Of a stretch of 64,000 nucleotides of DNA, positions 9,909-21,292 are shown one piece after another; position 1 is the stretch's first letter, and the number at the start of each line of letters is the position of its first letter. The DNA comes from Nemertoderma westbladi (taxonomy: Eukaryota; Animalia; Xenacoelomorpha), in contig JAUCBJ010008232.1 of the NCBI GenBank assembly GCA_032718475.1, positions 30,535-94,534 of the forward strand, written 5' to 3'. Both the position numbers and the translations under genes were made by a program. Below the pieces are notes generated by a model. It was not told the DNA's origin. It saw nothing but the letters and a program-made list of their open reading frames with translations, and made no database searches.

Positions 9909-12908
9909 TTACTTATTTGTGGCTGTGGGTTTCGGATCCAAAGCGTCGTCTCCGGAAGTGTGTAGTACAGACAGATCTACCATAGGTTTAAATAACTTCG
10001 ATTTACTCGCCCGAGTTTTAGGTTTGACTTTCTCCGCTCCCTTGGCCTGTCTAATCTCTGCCGTAGTAAGATGAGGAGGCCATTCTTCTTCTTTTTTGTA
10101 TAGGAAGTCGGGTCCACCTAACCAGTCTGGAGTATCTATCAGTTCTTGTGGAGTTGCTCCCCTGGAGGCGATGTCGGCTGGATTAATCGTTCCAGGGCAA
10201 TGTCTCCATTGATCCATCTTCGTACGACTAAGTATAATGGCTACTCTGTTGGTAACGAAGACGCTGAACTGACAGACTTCATTGGTTATATACTCCAACA
10301 CGAGTAAAGCATCGGTCCAATAGACAGTTTTCTCCAATGGATAATCGATCTGTTCTGTTACATTCCGGCCGATGGCTGTAGCGTATAGAGCCGCCTTTAA
10401 CTCCGCTCGAGGAACTTTCAACCTGTTGTTTATCAACGCCTTAGAGGTAACAAAGGCGACCTTGATTCCATCCGGAGTTTCAACTCTCAGGTAGGCTACT
10501 ATACCTATTCCCATATCGCTGGCGTCTCCAAACACGTGGAGTTGATAGGAATACATAGGGAGAACATGACCAAAATATGAACGGGAAATTATAAAGTTCT
10601 CGATGGCTGGTAGAGAATCTTCCCATTTCATCCACTTCTTTAATAATTCTCCCTTGAGTGGATCGTCCCATGAGTGGTTTTCAAGCCACATTTGTTGTAC
10701 TAAACTCCGAGCAATCAATATAACTGGGCTAATAAATCCCAATGGATCGAAATAAGTGCTCAGGATACTTAAACAAATCCGTTTAGTTCGAACGGGATTA
10801 TCTCGCTGTTTTAGCTGGAAAAACAGGATATCTCTCTCTGTGTCCCATTTAAAACCGAGTGTCTTGGTTTCTGGAAGATCATCTTTGATTAGGTCTAGGT
10901 CTTTCGCTCCTCGATCTTCTACCGGGATCGATTCCAGAAACTCACGGGAGTTGCTGGTGAATTTAGTTAATCGAAATCCACCTCTTTTTAAGCACTCTAC
11001 CGTTCCTTTGGCGACATCAATGGCTTCTTCAACTGATGGAAGGGACTTTAAATTGTCGTCCATGTATATATCCCGTTTGATGTTGTCGATCACCTCTTTA
11101 GAGAAGGCGTCCCGGTTGTCATCAGCAGTGGTGCGCACCACTGAGCAGGCGTTCGAAGGGCTTGAGATTATCCCAAAAGCCTGGATGGTCATCCAATACT
11201 CCACCGGTTTCTGGTTGAGGTCTCCTTCAGGCCACCACAGAAATCGTAGGCTATCTCGATCCCTATCCAGCGCCTTGACTTGTAAGAACATGCCTTCTAT
11301 ATCGGAGGCGAAAGCGAGTGAATATTGTCGTAATCTTAAGAGTATTCCCAACAAGGATTGGAGTAAGTTGGGTCCTGGTAACAACTCGGAATTAAGGGAT
11401 TGGCCCATGTAGAGGGCGGAGCCGTCAAATACTACTCGTACCTCATGAGGTTTACCGGGTTTGGGAACGTAATGATGTGTTAAATAATACGTTCTCTCAG
11501 TTATAGGTGTTTCTTCCGGTACTCGCTCCGCATATCCTTTGTTAATAAATTTCTTCAACTGCGTCTGATACATTTCTTTAGCTGAAGAGTTTGCCGTAAG
11601 GCGTCGATGTAGTTGAGCAATTCTTTTCTCCGCCAAGGGTCTGTTGTTTATGAACTTTGGTTCTCGCTTTCGGAAAGGTATACCGATTTCATATCTACCT
11701 TGGTCTTTAAGAAAACGTGTAGTTGTCTCTTGGATCTGCTTGGCTCTTTCTTCTTCTACCGATAGGGCCTTATCGTAAGAATTGGGCTCTACAGCCTCTT
11801 GAGTAAAGAATCGTACGGCGTGTTCATCCCGAGTTTTGGCATTATAACGTTCAATGACGTCATTCAGTTCATCGTTATAGTCGTCTCGTTCTGATGGACG
11901 AATGAGCTGACATAGGTTCACTTGGTTTTGCCAAGTCTCGTTTTGTGTAAGGAGATCAATGGTATTCTCCTCGTCGAAGAGTTGGTGGATATCGTCATTA
12001 TCTGAGGAGTATGGTGTTCCCTCAGTTGGATCGTCTAACTCACTGCTCTCCGCTTCCCATTCTCTTACTTGATATACCTGATCTTTTGGTAATCTTTCCA
12101 TGAGAGTTCTACGGGAAGGGCCAGTAAAGTACCAACCCAATCTAGTTCTTCCCGCATAGGCTTGTAGTGGTTGCGGTTGAGCAGGCCGTTTCTCCAATGT
12201 CTCGAGCGCCTCATGCGCATTTTGACCGATGAGTATTTGCACTCCAGGGTAATCGGTGTTGAATCTAGGTATATCAAGCTGCTGGGTGAAATCGTCCTCA
12301 TCCCAGTTATAAGGTTCCACTTGGCTGGTAGCGAAGTTCTTTATCGCCACCATTTTTACTGACCTTATGCTGTGTTCTCCTAGTTCATCCTGGGGGGTGG
12401 ACAACGCACCTACATAATAATCCGCTATTACTGTAGATTTCCAAACCTGCATAATTCCTGACATGTTTAGCTTAGTTCGGAACTTAGGTTGTCCAGCAAA
12501 GATGTCTTCGGCTAGTTCTTTGTCGACGAATGTTCCTGTGCTACCGGAGTCAAGGAGGGCGTTCACTATATAACTCCTTTTAGGTCCGTGGACCCTTAAC
12601 TGTACTACAGGAAATTCTCGGATTCCTACATTGGAAGTTGGTGCTTTCCAAGATGGTTGTCGATCAGAAGTAGTTAGGGGAAGCTCGCTGTCGGTGTCCT
12701 TTTCATACGTAACTGCTCGATACACTGCGGTATTTATCATGTAACAGGATTCGTCTTCGTCGGAGAATTCGTCCGTATAGAATCCTTCCATCTCAGAACT
12801 TTGGTCAGTGTCATTCACATCACTGAATTGGACATGTAGTTCGGACTCACTTACCTGACTCGGGCTGTTTCGCTCGAATTCAGTGTGCAACAAGATATGA
12901 TGTTTCAC
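9909..12908 (-). CDS. Pao-A protease-reverse transcriptase-RNase H
   Basis: LLDSGS; RVVFDGS, DIEGMFLQV, YMDD; VFGDASD, RAELKAA, WTDA, NPADIASRG. Confidence 0.96.
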   Translation of the reverse strand: MKHHILLHTEFERNSPSQVSESELHVQFSDVNDTDQSSEMEGFYTDEFSDEDESCYMINTAVYRAVTYEKDTDSELPLTTSDRQPSWKAPTSNVGIREFPVVQLRVHGPKRSYIVNALLDSGSTGTFVDKELAEDIFAGQPKFRTKLNMSGIMQVWKSTVIADYYVGALSTPQDELGEHSIRSVKMVAIKNFATSQVEPYNWDEDDFTQQLDIPRFNTDYPGVQILIGQNAHEALETLEKRPAQPQPLQAYAGRTRLGWYFTGPSRRTLMERLPKDQVYQVREWEAESSELDDPTEGTPYSSDNDDIHQLFDEENTIDLLTQNETWQNQVNLCQLIRPSERDDYNDELNDVIERYNAKTRDEHAVRFFTQEAVEPNSYDKALSVEEERAKQIQETTTRFLKDQGRYEIGIPFRKREPKFINNRPLAEKRIAQLHRRLTANSSAKEMYQTQLKKFINKGYAERVPEETPITERTYYLTHHYVPKPGKPHEVRVVFDGSALYMGQSLNSELLPGPNLLQSLLGILLRLRQYSLAFASDIEGMFLQVKALDRDRDSLRFLWWPEGDLNQKPVEYWMTIQAFGIISSPSNACSVVRTTADDNRDAFSKEVIDNIKRDIYMDDNLKSLPSVEEAIDVAKGTVECLKRGGFRLTKFTSNSREFLESIPVEDRGAKDLDLIKDDLPETKTLGFKWDTERDILFFQLKQRDNPVRTKRICLSILSTYFDPLGFISPVILIARSLVQQMWLENHSWDDPLKGELLKKWMKWEDSLPAIENFIISRSYFGHVLPMYSYQLHVFGDASDMGIGIVAYLRVETPDGIKVAFVTSKALINNRLKVPRAELKAALYATAIGRNVTEQIDYPLEKTVYWTDALLVLEYITNEVCQFSVFVTNRVAIILSRTKMDQWRHCPGTINPADIASRGATPQELIDTPDWLGGPDFLYKKEEEWPPHLTTAEIRQAKGAEKVKPKTRASKSKLFKPMVDLSVLHTSGDDALDPKPTATNK

Positions 12909-13881
12909 ACCTTGCGTCGGAGTAACAGGTTCGCCGTTGGTGTCCTTGTCTGAGGCAATTATAACACAACCGCTTATCCCACATGACTTCCCGTCTATCC
13001 GTTAATGATTTCTTTAGGAATTCATCACACACATTCAACCGGTGGGGCCCGTCGCACAGCGCACATTTCGGTTTGATGTTACTTACCTTATTTTGAGTAA
13101 CGTTGTGCACACTCGTTCTTTCTTCGGGCTTTCTTACCTGAATTCTCTTAGGAGACGGAGGAGGAGTTTTTCTTACCTGTTCTCTCCTGTCATTGGTTCG
13201 AGACTTGAATTTACTTACGTCTTTAGGCGTTTTGTTGACATAATAAGATCTTTCAGTGTCTTTTCCGCTGTCCTCTCCTTGAGAAGCCTGGCTTTTTCCG
13301 TCGTCGGTATAACACACTGGTGTTACCTTTCTCCTACAAACGGGTTTCTCACTTACCTTGTTTTCCGGTGTCTTCTCTCTGGACTGCTTTAGGAGCTGTA
13401 ATTTCACTTCTCCATCTAAGAATGACATGAGATCAGCCATGGTAGGGTCTCGTCGTTGCTGTTCCATCATATATAACACTTTCTTATCCCAGCGTGTACC
13501 TACTCCGCCCCTAGGTAAAGTAGAGGCCACGGCTCCAATAACCATAGAACTCTGATATTCATGAGACTTACCTAGCCAATCTAATTGTCTACAGATCTCC
13601 TGAATCTCATCGGAAAACTCTATAATCCCGCTGCTAATGAATTTTCGGGGCGCTACTAATTTTGCATACAAGTACCTAGCTATGTTATTCCTATTACCAT
13701 ACCTGATGTTTAGGGTATCCCAAACTTGTCTTAATCCATCTGGATGTCCAATAAACTTTAACGCCATTAACTTGGGAGATCCTTCCAAGCACTCGATGAG
13801 GAATCTAAGTTTCTCTCTGTTAGATAGCACAGAGTTCTGTATGTTATCTTTGTAACATTCATTACAAGGTAACCATTTCAT
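12880..13881 (-). CDS. Pao-A gag capsid-like domain and zinc knuckles
   Basis: EKLRFLIECLEG..L..RYG; CALCDGPHRLNVC, CYNCLRQGHQRRTC; third knuckle broken by a frameshift near 12905. Confidence 0.9.
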   Translation of the reverse strand: MKWLPCNECYKDNIQNSVLSNREKLRFLIECLEGSPKLMALKFIGHPDGLRQVWDTLNIRYGNRNNIARYLYAKLVAPRKFISSGIIEFSDEIQEICRQLDWLGKSHEYQSSMVIGAVASTLPRGGVGTRWDKKVLYMMEQQRRDPTMADLMSFLDGEVKLQLLKQSREKTPENKVSEKPVCRRKVTPVCYTDDGKSQASQGEDSGKDTERSYYVNKTPKDVSKFKSRTNDRREQVRKTPPPSPKRIQVRKPEERTSVHNVTQNKVSNIKPKCALCDGPHRLNVCDEFLKKSLTDRREVMWDKRLCYNCLRQGHQRRTCYSDARCETSYLVAH

Positions 13882-13882
13882 C

Positions 13883-16311
13883 TCATCTCCATTGAACCAC
13901 CTTTACCTCCTTTACCGCTTGACGGGCTTCGGTTCTAGCCATTTGACGCGTAAAACTTTCTTGGGCCATCGTGTTATTTAATATCGAGTTATCGGTATAT
14001 AAATTTCTCGGATTATTATCAAGTCTATATGGGATATCATTGTCAACAGGTTTATAATTACCCTTAATAGGGTTTACTATAGGAGTTTCTACTTCACTAG
14101 CAGTATAGATGCGTGTAGGCTCCACACCTTGCGCATGAAATACTTCAGACCTAACAGGTTGACACATTGTTACCGGGGTTGGTGGTATACCCTTTTGTGT
14201 ATTTACTAATTTATCGCGTTCTAACGCGATACTTTGCTGCACTTCTTGCAACTCTAACCTACTTTCCCTTACTGTGCACTTGAACTGCTTAACAGTCTCC
14301 TGCATCTGCCCGAGCAGGAGATCCATCCCCCGTCGTCTCTCATCCACCCACTCGACCGCCGAAGCGGGAGCCGCCAACGTAGTAGCGGGTGGACGGGGAA
14401 CAACGGGCGACAAATCATTGATATTTCGCTCGGAGTCCAGAACAGGAACTGTCTCATGGGCTGTTCTGCTGGGCACAGGTAGCTTAGTGCTATGCAAAGG
14501 GAATTTAGAGGTAGGTTCTGGGAGTACAGGTGTCTCTATCACCGAAGGGGTGGCTTCGAGAACAGGCCTAATTATTTCAGGCTCATCTACTATAGTAGGG
14601 AGTCTTTCTATTTTAATTATTTGGTCTGTGGGTTCTGTACTACCTAAGTCTGTGCTAGCTAGTTGCCTTCTAACAGCTGGGGGCAAATCAGGCAATTTCT
14701 GACGGTGGGACATTCTTCTACGTCTGCTTAGACGAGATCTATTTCCTCCGCCTTCAGGATCGGTGGTATCGCCTTCCTCAGATGATGTATATCCCTGTCT
14801 CTTGGGAGTAGATCGACTCATCATCTGCATTTGACTAGCTGTTAACTGTTTATTTATGCAGTCTTGATTCTCTTGAATGTTTTCCAATTCTAGTTGGGTG
14901 GTTTCTTCAGACGCTCTCCATTCTGCTTCTGCCACTGCCTCGGCCGCTGCCATTGCCGCCTTACTTTCCACTTCGGCCGCTGCCACTGCCGCCTTTCTTT
15001 CCGCTTTCTTTCTGCTTCTGCCTCTGCCGCTGCCGCTGCCACTTTTCTTTCCGCTTCTGCCTCTGCCGCTGCCGCTGCCGCTGCCGCTTTTCTTTCCGCT
15101 TCTGCCGCTGCCACTGCTGCTGCCACTGCCGCTGTCTTTCTGTCTTCTATACGTTTTTTCTTTACTTGTTCTTCTTGGACCCTAGTGATGCGGAGGCGTT
15201 CATCAAATTTAGCTTGGTTCGCAGCTATCATATCCGCATCGATTGCGTCTAATACAAGCTTGGCTCCTTCACTATTAGGGCGAAGCCCAGACAGCCGTCT
15301 CCTCAACTCTTCGTCACCTACAAATCGTTGATAGTCTGACAGATAGATGTCAATAGCATCCCTCTTATGCGGTTTGTCTGCTGTCACTTCACTTTCCACT
15401 TGAGAAAAGGTAGCGTCTGTTGATTCTCCATGGGTTGAGCGCTCAGCCGACTGAGATTTCCTCTGGGTCGTTCCTTGAACCTTGATACTCACGCTTTGGA
15501 ACCAAGTCTTGACGGCCACTTGCAACGACGTGTCTTGGGTTCTTTTCGAAGCTTCCTCAAAGGCCGATAGGATTAGTCTGATTCGTAGAGTTCTTTCTCG
15601 AACTTGATAAAGCAGCTCTCCCTGCTCTTGAGGTCCTTGGGGTTGTCGAAACAGTTGTTCTTCTAATCGCTCCATAGAGCTGAAGAATCCCTGTACGTAT
15701 CCTGCTGCTGACCTCTTCCACACAGCCGGATCGCTGGTTTCTTTTGTCACTCCCATCCTGTGTATGTCTTCCCAGGCAGCTTCCGATAAGTCAAACGGGA
15801 GTCCGGGTCCGGGGAAGTTCCATTGTGACTCAACAATAGACTTCAGTTCTTCCTTTGTGTATCCCGCATAACTATCCTTGGTCGATCGCTTACTTCTTGC
15901 CCAATCAATCTGGTGTTCCTCCACCGCAATCAATACCCTAGTGAGTATGGCTGCAGGAAGGATGAGAAGGGGATCCGAATAAACCGCATCTGCCATCTTT
16001 GCTCCGCGCTCGGGTGTCAGCTCTACAGTATCCGCACTACTGGAGCTGTCAGGCCGCTGAGAAATACGTTCTTGGCTCGAGTGTTGCTGCTGTTCCGCTG
16101 CTTCTTGGTCTCGCTTGACTTGAGCTCGAGTCCCTATGATAGACCTACGGTGTTGGACTAGCCTAGGGTCTGATATTACTACTGGAGGGATGATCTTTCT
16201 TACAGTAGGAGGTGAGTTGAACTTCGGTCTCACACGTTCCACACTCCTGTCTGGGTCACAGATGGTTGTATCTAGGAGACTGTCTGACAGGTTTTGCTTT
16301 GTGTCAGACAT
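13883..16311 (-). pseudogene. Long N-terminal part of Pao-A gag (473-aa and 367-aa ORFs joined across a frameshift near 15000)
   Basis: AAAEAERK repeats continue across the frame change; lies directly upstream of the gag core. Confidence 0.8.
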
Positions 16312-18129
16312 GTTTGTTTACACAGTTGAATGCCTACTGCTATATTATAGTTAAAGCAAGTCTAGTAATTCAGTATCAACTGTTAGCCTAGTAATTAATT
16401 ACCGATATTGTTACTCAATGTAACGTGATATATATATAATATATTAGAATACCGGTATGCTTATAGTATATATATAAGTATTATTACAGACTAGGTTTGT
16501 CACAGAATACCGGTATATAATTTCGGCGCAAATATATATAAATATAGAATAGGCCTATCGTGAATACCGGTATGCAGCTTACACTTATAGTATATATAAG
16601 TATAATTATATATATGTATAATTAATTACAGAATACCGGTATAATTTCAGCCTAAATTTATAGAAATAAATATAATAAGCCTATTGTAAATACCGGTATG
16701 TCAATTATTTTAGAATAATTGAATTTCTGAATTTTAGGGGTTACTTGGTTACTTTACTTTACTCTATTACCGTTATTTGAGCAGTAGTTCAACTGATATT
16801 TAGACCTAATTGTTGTAAGACAGGCCTACTATTTTATAAATAGGTTTGAGTTGATTTATAATATATATACCCGTTTTAATGGGTTTTTGTCAATATTTGA
16901 AATAAACACAAAAATTACAAGTACGAATTTTTAGGGTAATTTTACAAGAAGTCTACAAACCAGCCTAACAAGGGGTTAGAATATCTGGTTATTACAAAAG
17001 GACAGGATACTACGGTATTTGAAAATAATAAAGCAGTAGTAAATATATTGCGTTGTCCAGATAGGAAAAATACCACCATCTGACGACTTATAGCCGTATC
17101 GCTATAAGTACTACGTTATGGATCACGGAGTGTTCCTACCTAGAAGTTAATTACCGCGGTCTACCAGAACCAACGTGCCTATTAACCACTTTACAACACA
17201 AATATACTGCCTACACACTAATTACCTTCGGAAAGCACTGTACACTAAACCCTAAATTAGGTACAAGTACTTATACAACAAATAATCAGTAGTTAGAAAT
17301 ACTTGTACAGCTAAAAGAACCACGGTATCTGCTGGAGTGACCGGGGCACAAAATCACCAGTCTTTACCTACGCCAAGCAGCCCTGATGTAGTACCGGGGT
17401 TAATTTAACTATAACGGTATATATAACAAGCACAATTACTGTATGAATAAACTTGGTGGGGTATGAATGTTGCGAATAATCGCATAAACTCTGAATAATA
17501 AATATTACGCGACCCGTACAGACTATACAAACAAAATACTGACCAAACGCTGGCAGACTACTATCAAGCCTAAACAAACTACAGTATATGTAGACTCCGA
17601 AATGGTTAGTTAGTATGCGTTCTAACCGAGTAGTACGACTTATTCTTTCAAGGGGATTTACCTCACAGCACTGGAAGCCCCTACTTTCCTAACTAGTACT
17701 TTATCGGACATACACTCTACACACACTACAATCTCTTCAGACTTAACAACAGTCAGACAACAGTCCAGCCTACAAATTATCTGTACAATCTGAGCAGGCT
17801 TACACGCCTTCTGCTCAATATTAGCCTACAAATAAATAAAACTGACAGAAATAGGCCTAAGTAAAATCCCAATAAAAACCAGGCGTCCCCGATTAATTAT
17901 TACGACCTACCGGTATATAATTATCAAAATCGAATAATACTGCTGTACCTGTACTGCTGTAAGTACCGGTCCGGGTGGTTAGGTAGTCAGGCCTACTGGG
18001 TACCGGTTGACCGGTACTTCAGCTTTATTGCCTACTGCAATAAAGAAGCAATATCTGTTATTGTTCTTACCAGAACAATATTAAACTGAATTTATTGCCT
18101 ACACTGCAATCAGAAATCATATCTGTTAT

Positions 18130-19303
18130 TGTTCGCGCTTTCAGACCTTTAGCAGTTTAACCTGCCAAATTTGGGTGTCTTCTAGATTATAAATCGACTT
18201 TAGCCTATGACGAGTATTTGATACACTACATTAGCCGAAGCCAGTCTATGCGCGACCATTCACCCACTGGATATACCCGGGAGACTGGATTCGGAAGCTT
18301 TGACCTTATTGCGGTGTAGGCCTACTGTATTATTCGACTGATTGTTAATATATAATTTCTGACCAATATTATTCACTTTCGGGAAATATTAACAGTTCCT
18401 TTAGGACGTGGCGCTCTAAATATGTAAACAGAGTTATGACTTACACTAGACACAACGGGATGGCTATGGATTCACGTATATAGCGCATTCTTTAGGAGAT
18501 GCTTTGTTATCAGTCACAATGATGCACACTACCGCACAATACTGCACACTGATCTGCCGACCTTCACTAATTTTAGTCACATATAAGAGAACAACAACCG
18601 ACTCATGTAGTGCCTATGAAATAGCATTAGATTCACTCCAAAACCACTTTAATGTAAGTCGCAATTGTTATATGAAACCGGTCTCTCCAACCTTCAGTAT
18701 ATCAAGAAGATTGGGGTTTCTGATTATTGGTCGATATTATCCAAATATAATAATATTCCATCAACCGATATAATTAATGACCGACAGTAAATAGCAGTAA
18801 AAATGCGGTGTTTGTAGTTGACAATATGATTAGGTGAGTTATGAGTAGGGTAGGGATAACAGATATACGTTTCGATGACCAAAGCCTACTAATGTTTGGC
18901 TAAAGCCTGAAAACACAGAGGTTCCAAAGCCGGTCTTCTAGCTATGGACAAAATACACATACTGACTGAATTCATGAGTTTCTGTATACAACCTCCAACA
19001 CAGAGTCAAAAAACGCTTTGATTGGTCGACCGAACAAAGAGAGAACAGAGAACAAAGAGATGTTCCACGTGGATATATCAGCTGTTAGATGTCGTCATGG
19101 TAACTACACTGTGTCAAGAGGATTTTAGCTATTGCGACATAAAATTGCTAGTTATGTCCGCTAAAGTACACATACAGAAGAAATGGCTTTTTATGTCCAC
19201 TAAAACACCGGTACAGTAAGGAAACGGCTTTTTATGTCCGTTAAACCAACTACAGAGTACTTTGCGTGAAAAATAACCAGCTAATTCCGCAAAAGCTTTT
19301 ACA
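18130..19303 (-). repeat. Pao-A 5' LTR
   Basis: TGTTCGCG...TTTACA, matches 1430-2605. Confidence 0.97.
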
Positions 19304-20065
19304 GCCACCTATTGATTATATTGTCGTTGAGTTTCATATTCCAATCTAGTTTTTCTCCCTTTTGTCTATCTTTCCACACTTCTTAATATAATACCTTTGC
19401 TTGCAATGTAATAGGAATGAAATATCCTAACGGATCAAATATCTTTCCTAGGTTCTGCAATATGTCACGAATATTTCTTACCTTAGTTTTAATGTTTGAT
19501 TCTGCAATATGTATTTTATCGGCTTCAATATTCCATCCATACCAAGTACTTTGGTTACACGTGATTTCATTAGATCAGCAGAATTCATTTTATCAAGTAA
19601 TTCATTAGAATTTGATGACCATTCACGTAGATTCATAGAGGCTCCTTTAAAAATCTCTTTAGACTCAATATATAATTGTTTACCTTCATCTACATTATTC
19701 ACTGAAGCTATTAAATTATCCACATATAAGTTATCCTGAATAACTTGGGCTACAGGAGTATTGGTATTCTCTAAATGGTGTGCGATAACAGCACCAAGCA
19801 GATACTGGCACGAAATGATTCCAAATGGTATTCAACAAAATCGCATTGTCACAATATCTAATCAGCTAATAGGCCTATTTATTCGTTCGTGACATTTCAA
19901 TTTATAAATGCAGTAATCACAGAATCAGCCTTCGCCAGTGTTTATAATTTGTTATACAAATTTAATACCAGCCTTGATCACTGCCAGACTTATTGGCGCC
20001 ACAGTCAATTAATTTAATTATTGCACTGAGTTACAATAACCAACGCTGTTGGCTCCAACTGGTAA

Positions 20066-21289
20066 ATGTCGGAGTTACGACGCAAGGCGAGCACAGGCGG
20101 TGGAGACTCGTCCCGGCGTCAAAGCTTAGCATCAGGGTCTTCTAACCAACGACAGTCGAAATCGGAATCAAACAGACCAACGGAAGCGACTTCTAACGGG
20201 AGTCCGACAAAGAAGGATCGCCCACGGAAGCCAAGCAAACTTCAATCTTCGTCGGCCATGACTGGTGGTTCTCCTCGACAGGATGGACGGGATGAAATTG
20301 AAGTCGGCTGCTCTGGGAAACAGTGCAACTTCTCCATAATCTGCATTGCAAAGAAAGAAACCGACTTCGGCTGCATAGACTTCTACTGCGGCAACTGCGC
20401 TGCTATTCACATAGCACACGGTGTTTCAGAGATCGAAGCATTAAAGATCAATCTCGAATACAAGATAAATGACCTCACAAACCGACTGGACGATAAATTA
20501 CACCGATACTACGACGAAATCAAATCCACGAGAATCACGTTTCATCGGGAGCTCGACTCGCGCATGGATACAATGGAACACAAGCTATCATCTATCGAGT
20601 CAAAAGAAACAGATGATGACGTCATCGAGTGTGACACAGAGGACAACAATCACAATGCCTGGACGCAAGCATCCGCTACGAAACGCGCCCGTCGTCAGAC
20701 AAAAGCCAAAAGCGAAGTAAACGTTGCTAGACTAGCGAAACAAATAAAGACAGAAGAACAAAAACAGAACCTACGAAAAGATAACGTAGTCGTAAACGGA
20801 ATTATACCAGGTGATGATGATAAGCAGTCGTTTATTGACATTGCATCTTCAGTCAATGTGATGATAAATAAAGAATCTATCTCTATTCGAAGAGCCGGTC
20901 GAATCAGAGACGATCGATCCCAACCAATGATCGTTACTCTTACCCACGATCAGCGGGCGTCACTACTAAACAAAGCCCGAGAGCTTCGTAAATCAACTCG
21001 GTACAGCAATATTTACATATCGCCCGATCTTACACCCGCCGAGAGCAAATTACAATTCGATCTGCGTGAGGAGCGGCGACACAAACAAGCAGAACATCCA
21101 GCCAGGAAATGGATAATCCGCAATGGTGCAGTCATTGAAGCACAGCTTACACAAGAAAGTGTAGCCCAACCACCATACAATCCAAACGACACTACTCCAC
21201 GGTTCCATACCCGTGAATTCGTTAGATCTGCGGGTACTGGCGCGACTGGCGGCACAACACCACTGTCGCCGGCTCAACAGATAAACTGA
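20066..21289 (+). CDS. LINE ORF1 (Cys-rich PHD-like segment, coiled coil, RNA-binding domain)
   Basis: CSGKQC..C..FYCGNC; RKDNVVVNGI; R.GR; IYISPDLT typical of L2/CR1-group ORF1. Confidence 0.88.
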   Translation: MSELRRKASTGGGDSSRRQSLASGSSNQRQSKSESNRPTEATSNGSPTKKDRPRKPSKLQSSSAMTGGSPRQDGRDEIEVGCSGKQCNFSIICIAKKETDFGCIDFYCGNCAAIHIAHGVSEIEALKINLEYKINDLTNRLDDKLHRYYDEIKSTRITFHRELDSRMDTMEHKLSSIESKETDDDVIECDTEDNNHNAWTQASATKRARRQTKAKSEVNVARLAKQIKTEEQKQNLRKDNVVVNGIIPGDDDKQSFIDIASSVNVMINKESISIRRAGRIRDDRSQPMIVTLTHDQRASLLNKARELRKSTRYSNIYISPDLTPAESKLQFDLREERRHKQAEHPARKWIIRNGAVIEAQLTQESVAQPPYNPNDTTPRFHTREFVRSAGTGATGGTTPLSPAQQIN

Positions 21290-21292
21290 TGG

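Larger units (their letters stand above)
1430..19303 (-). mobile_element. Full-length Bel/Pao LTR retrotransposon ('Pao-A'), frameshifted
   Basis: Two ~1175-bp TG..CA LTRs, 5-bp TSD GCCAC (1425-1429, 19304-19308), gag-PR-RT-RH-IN order, short purine tract GGGAGCGG next to the 3' LTR. Confidence 0.97.

Noticed and set aside
10756-11412. 218-aa antisense ORF and similar ORFs opposite pol and ORF2
   Set aside because: Shadow ORFs of real coding frames with no motifs.
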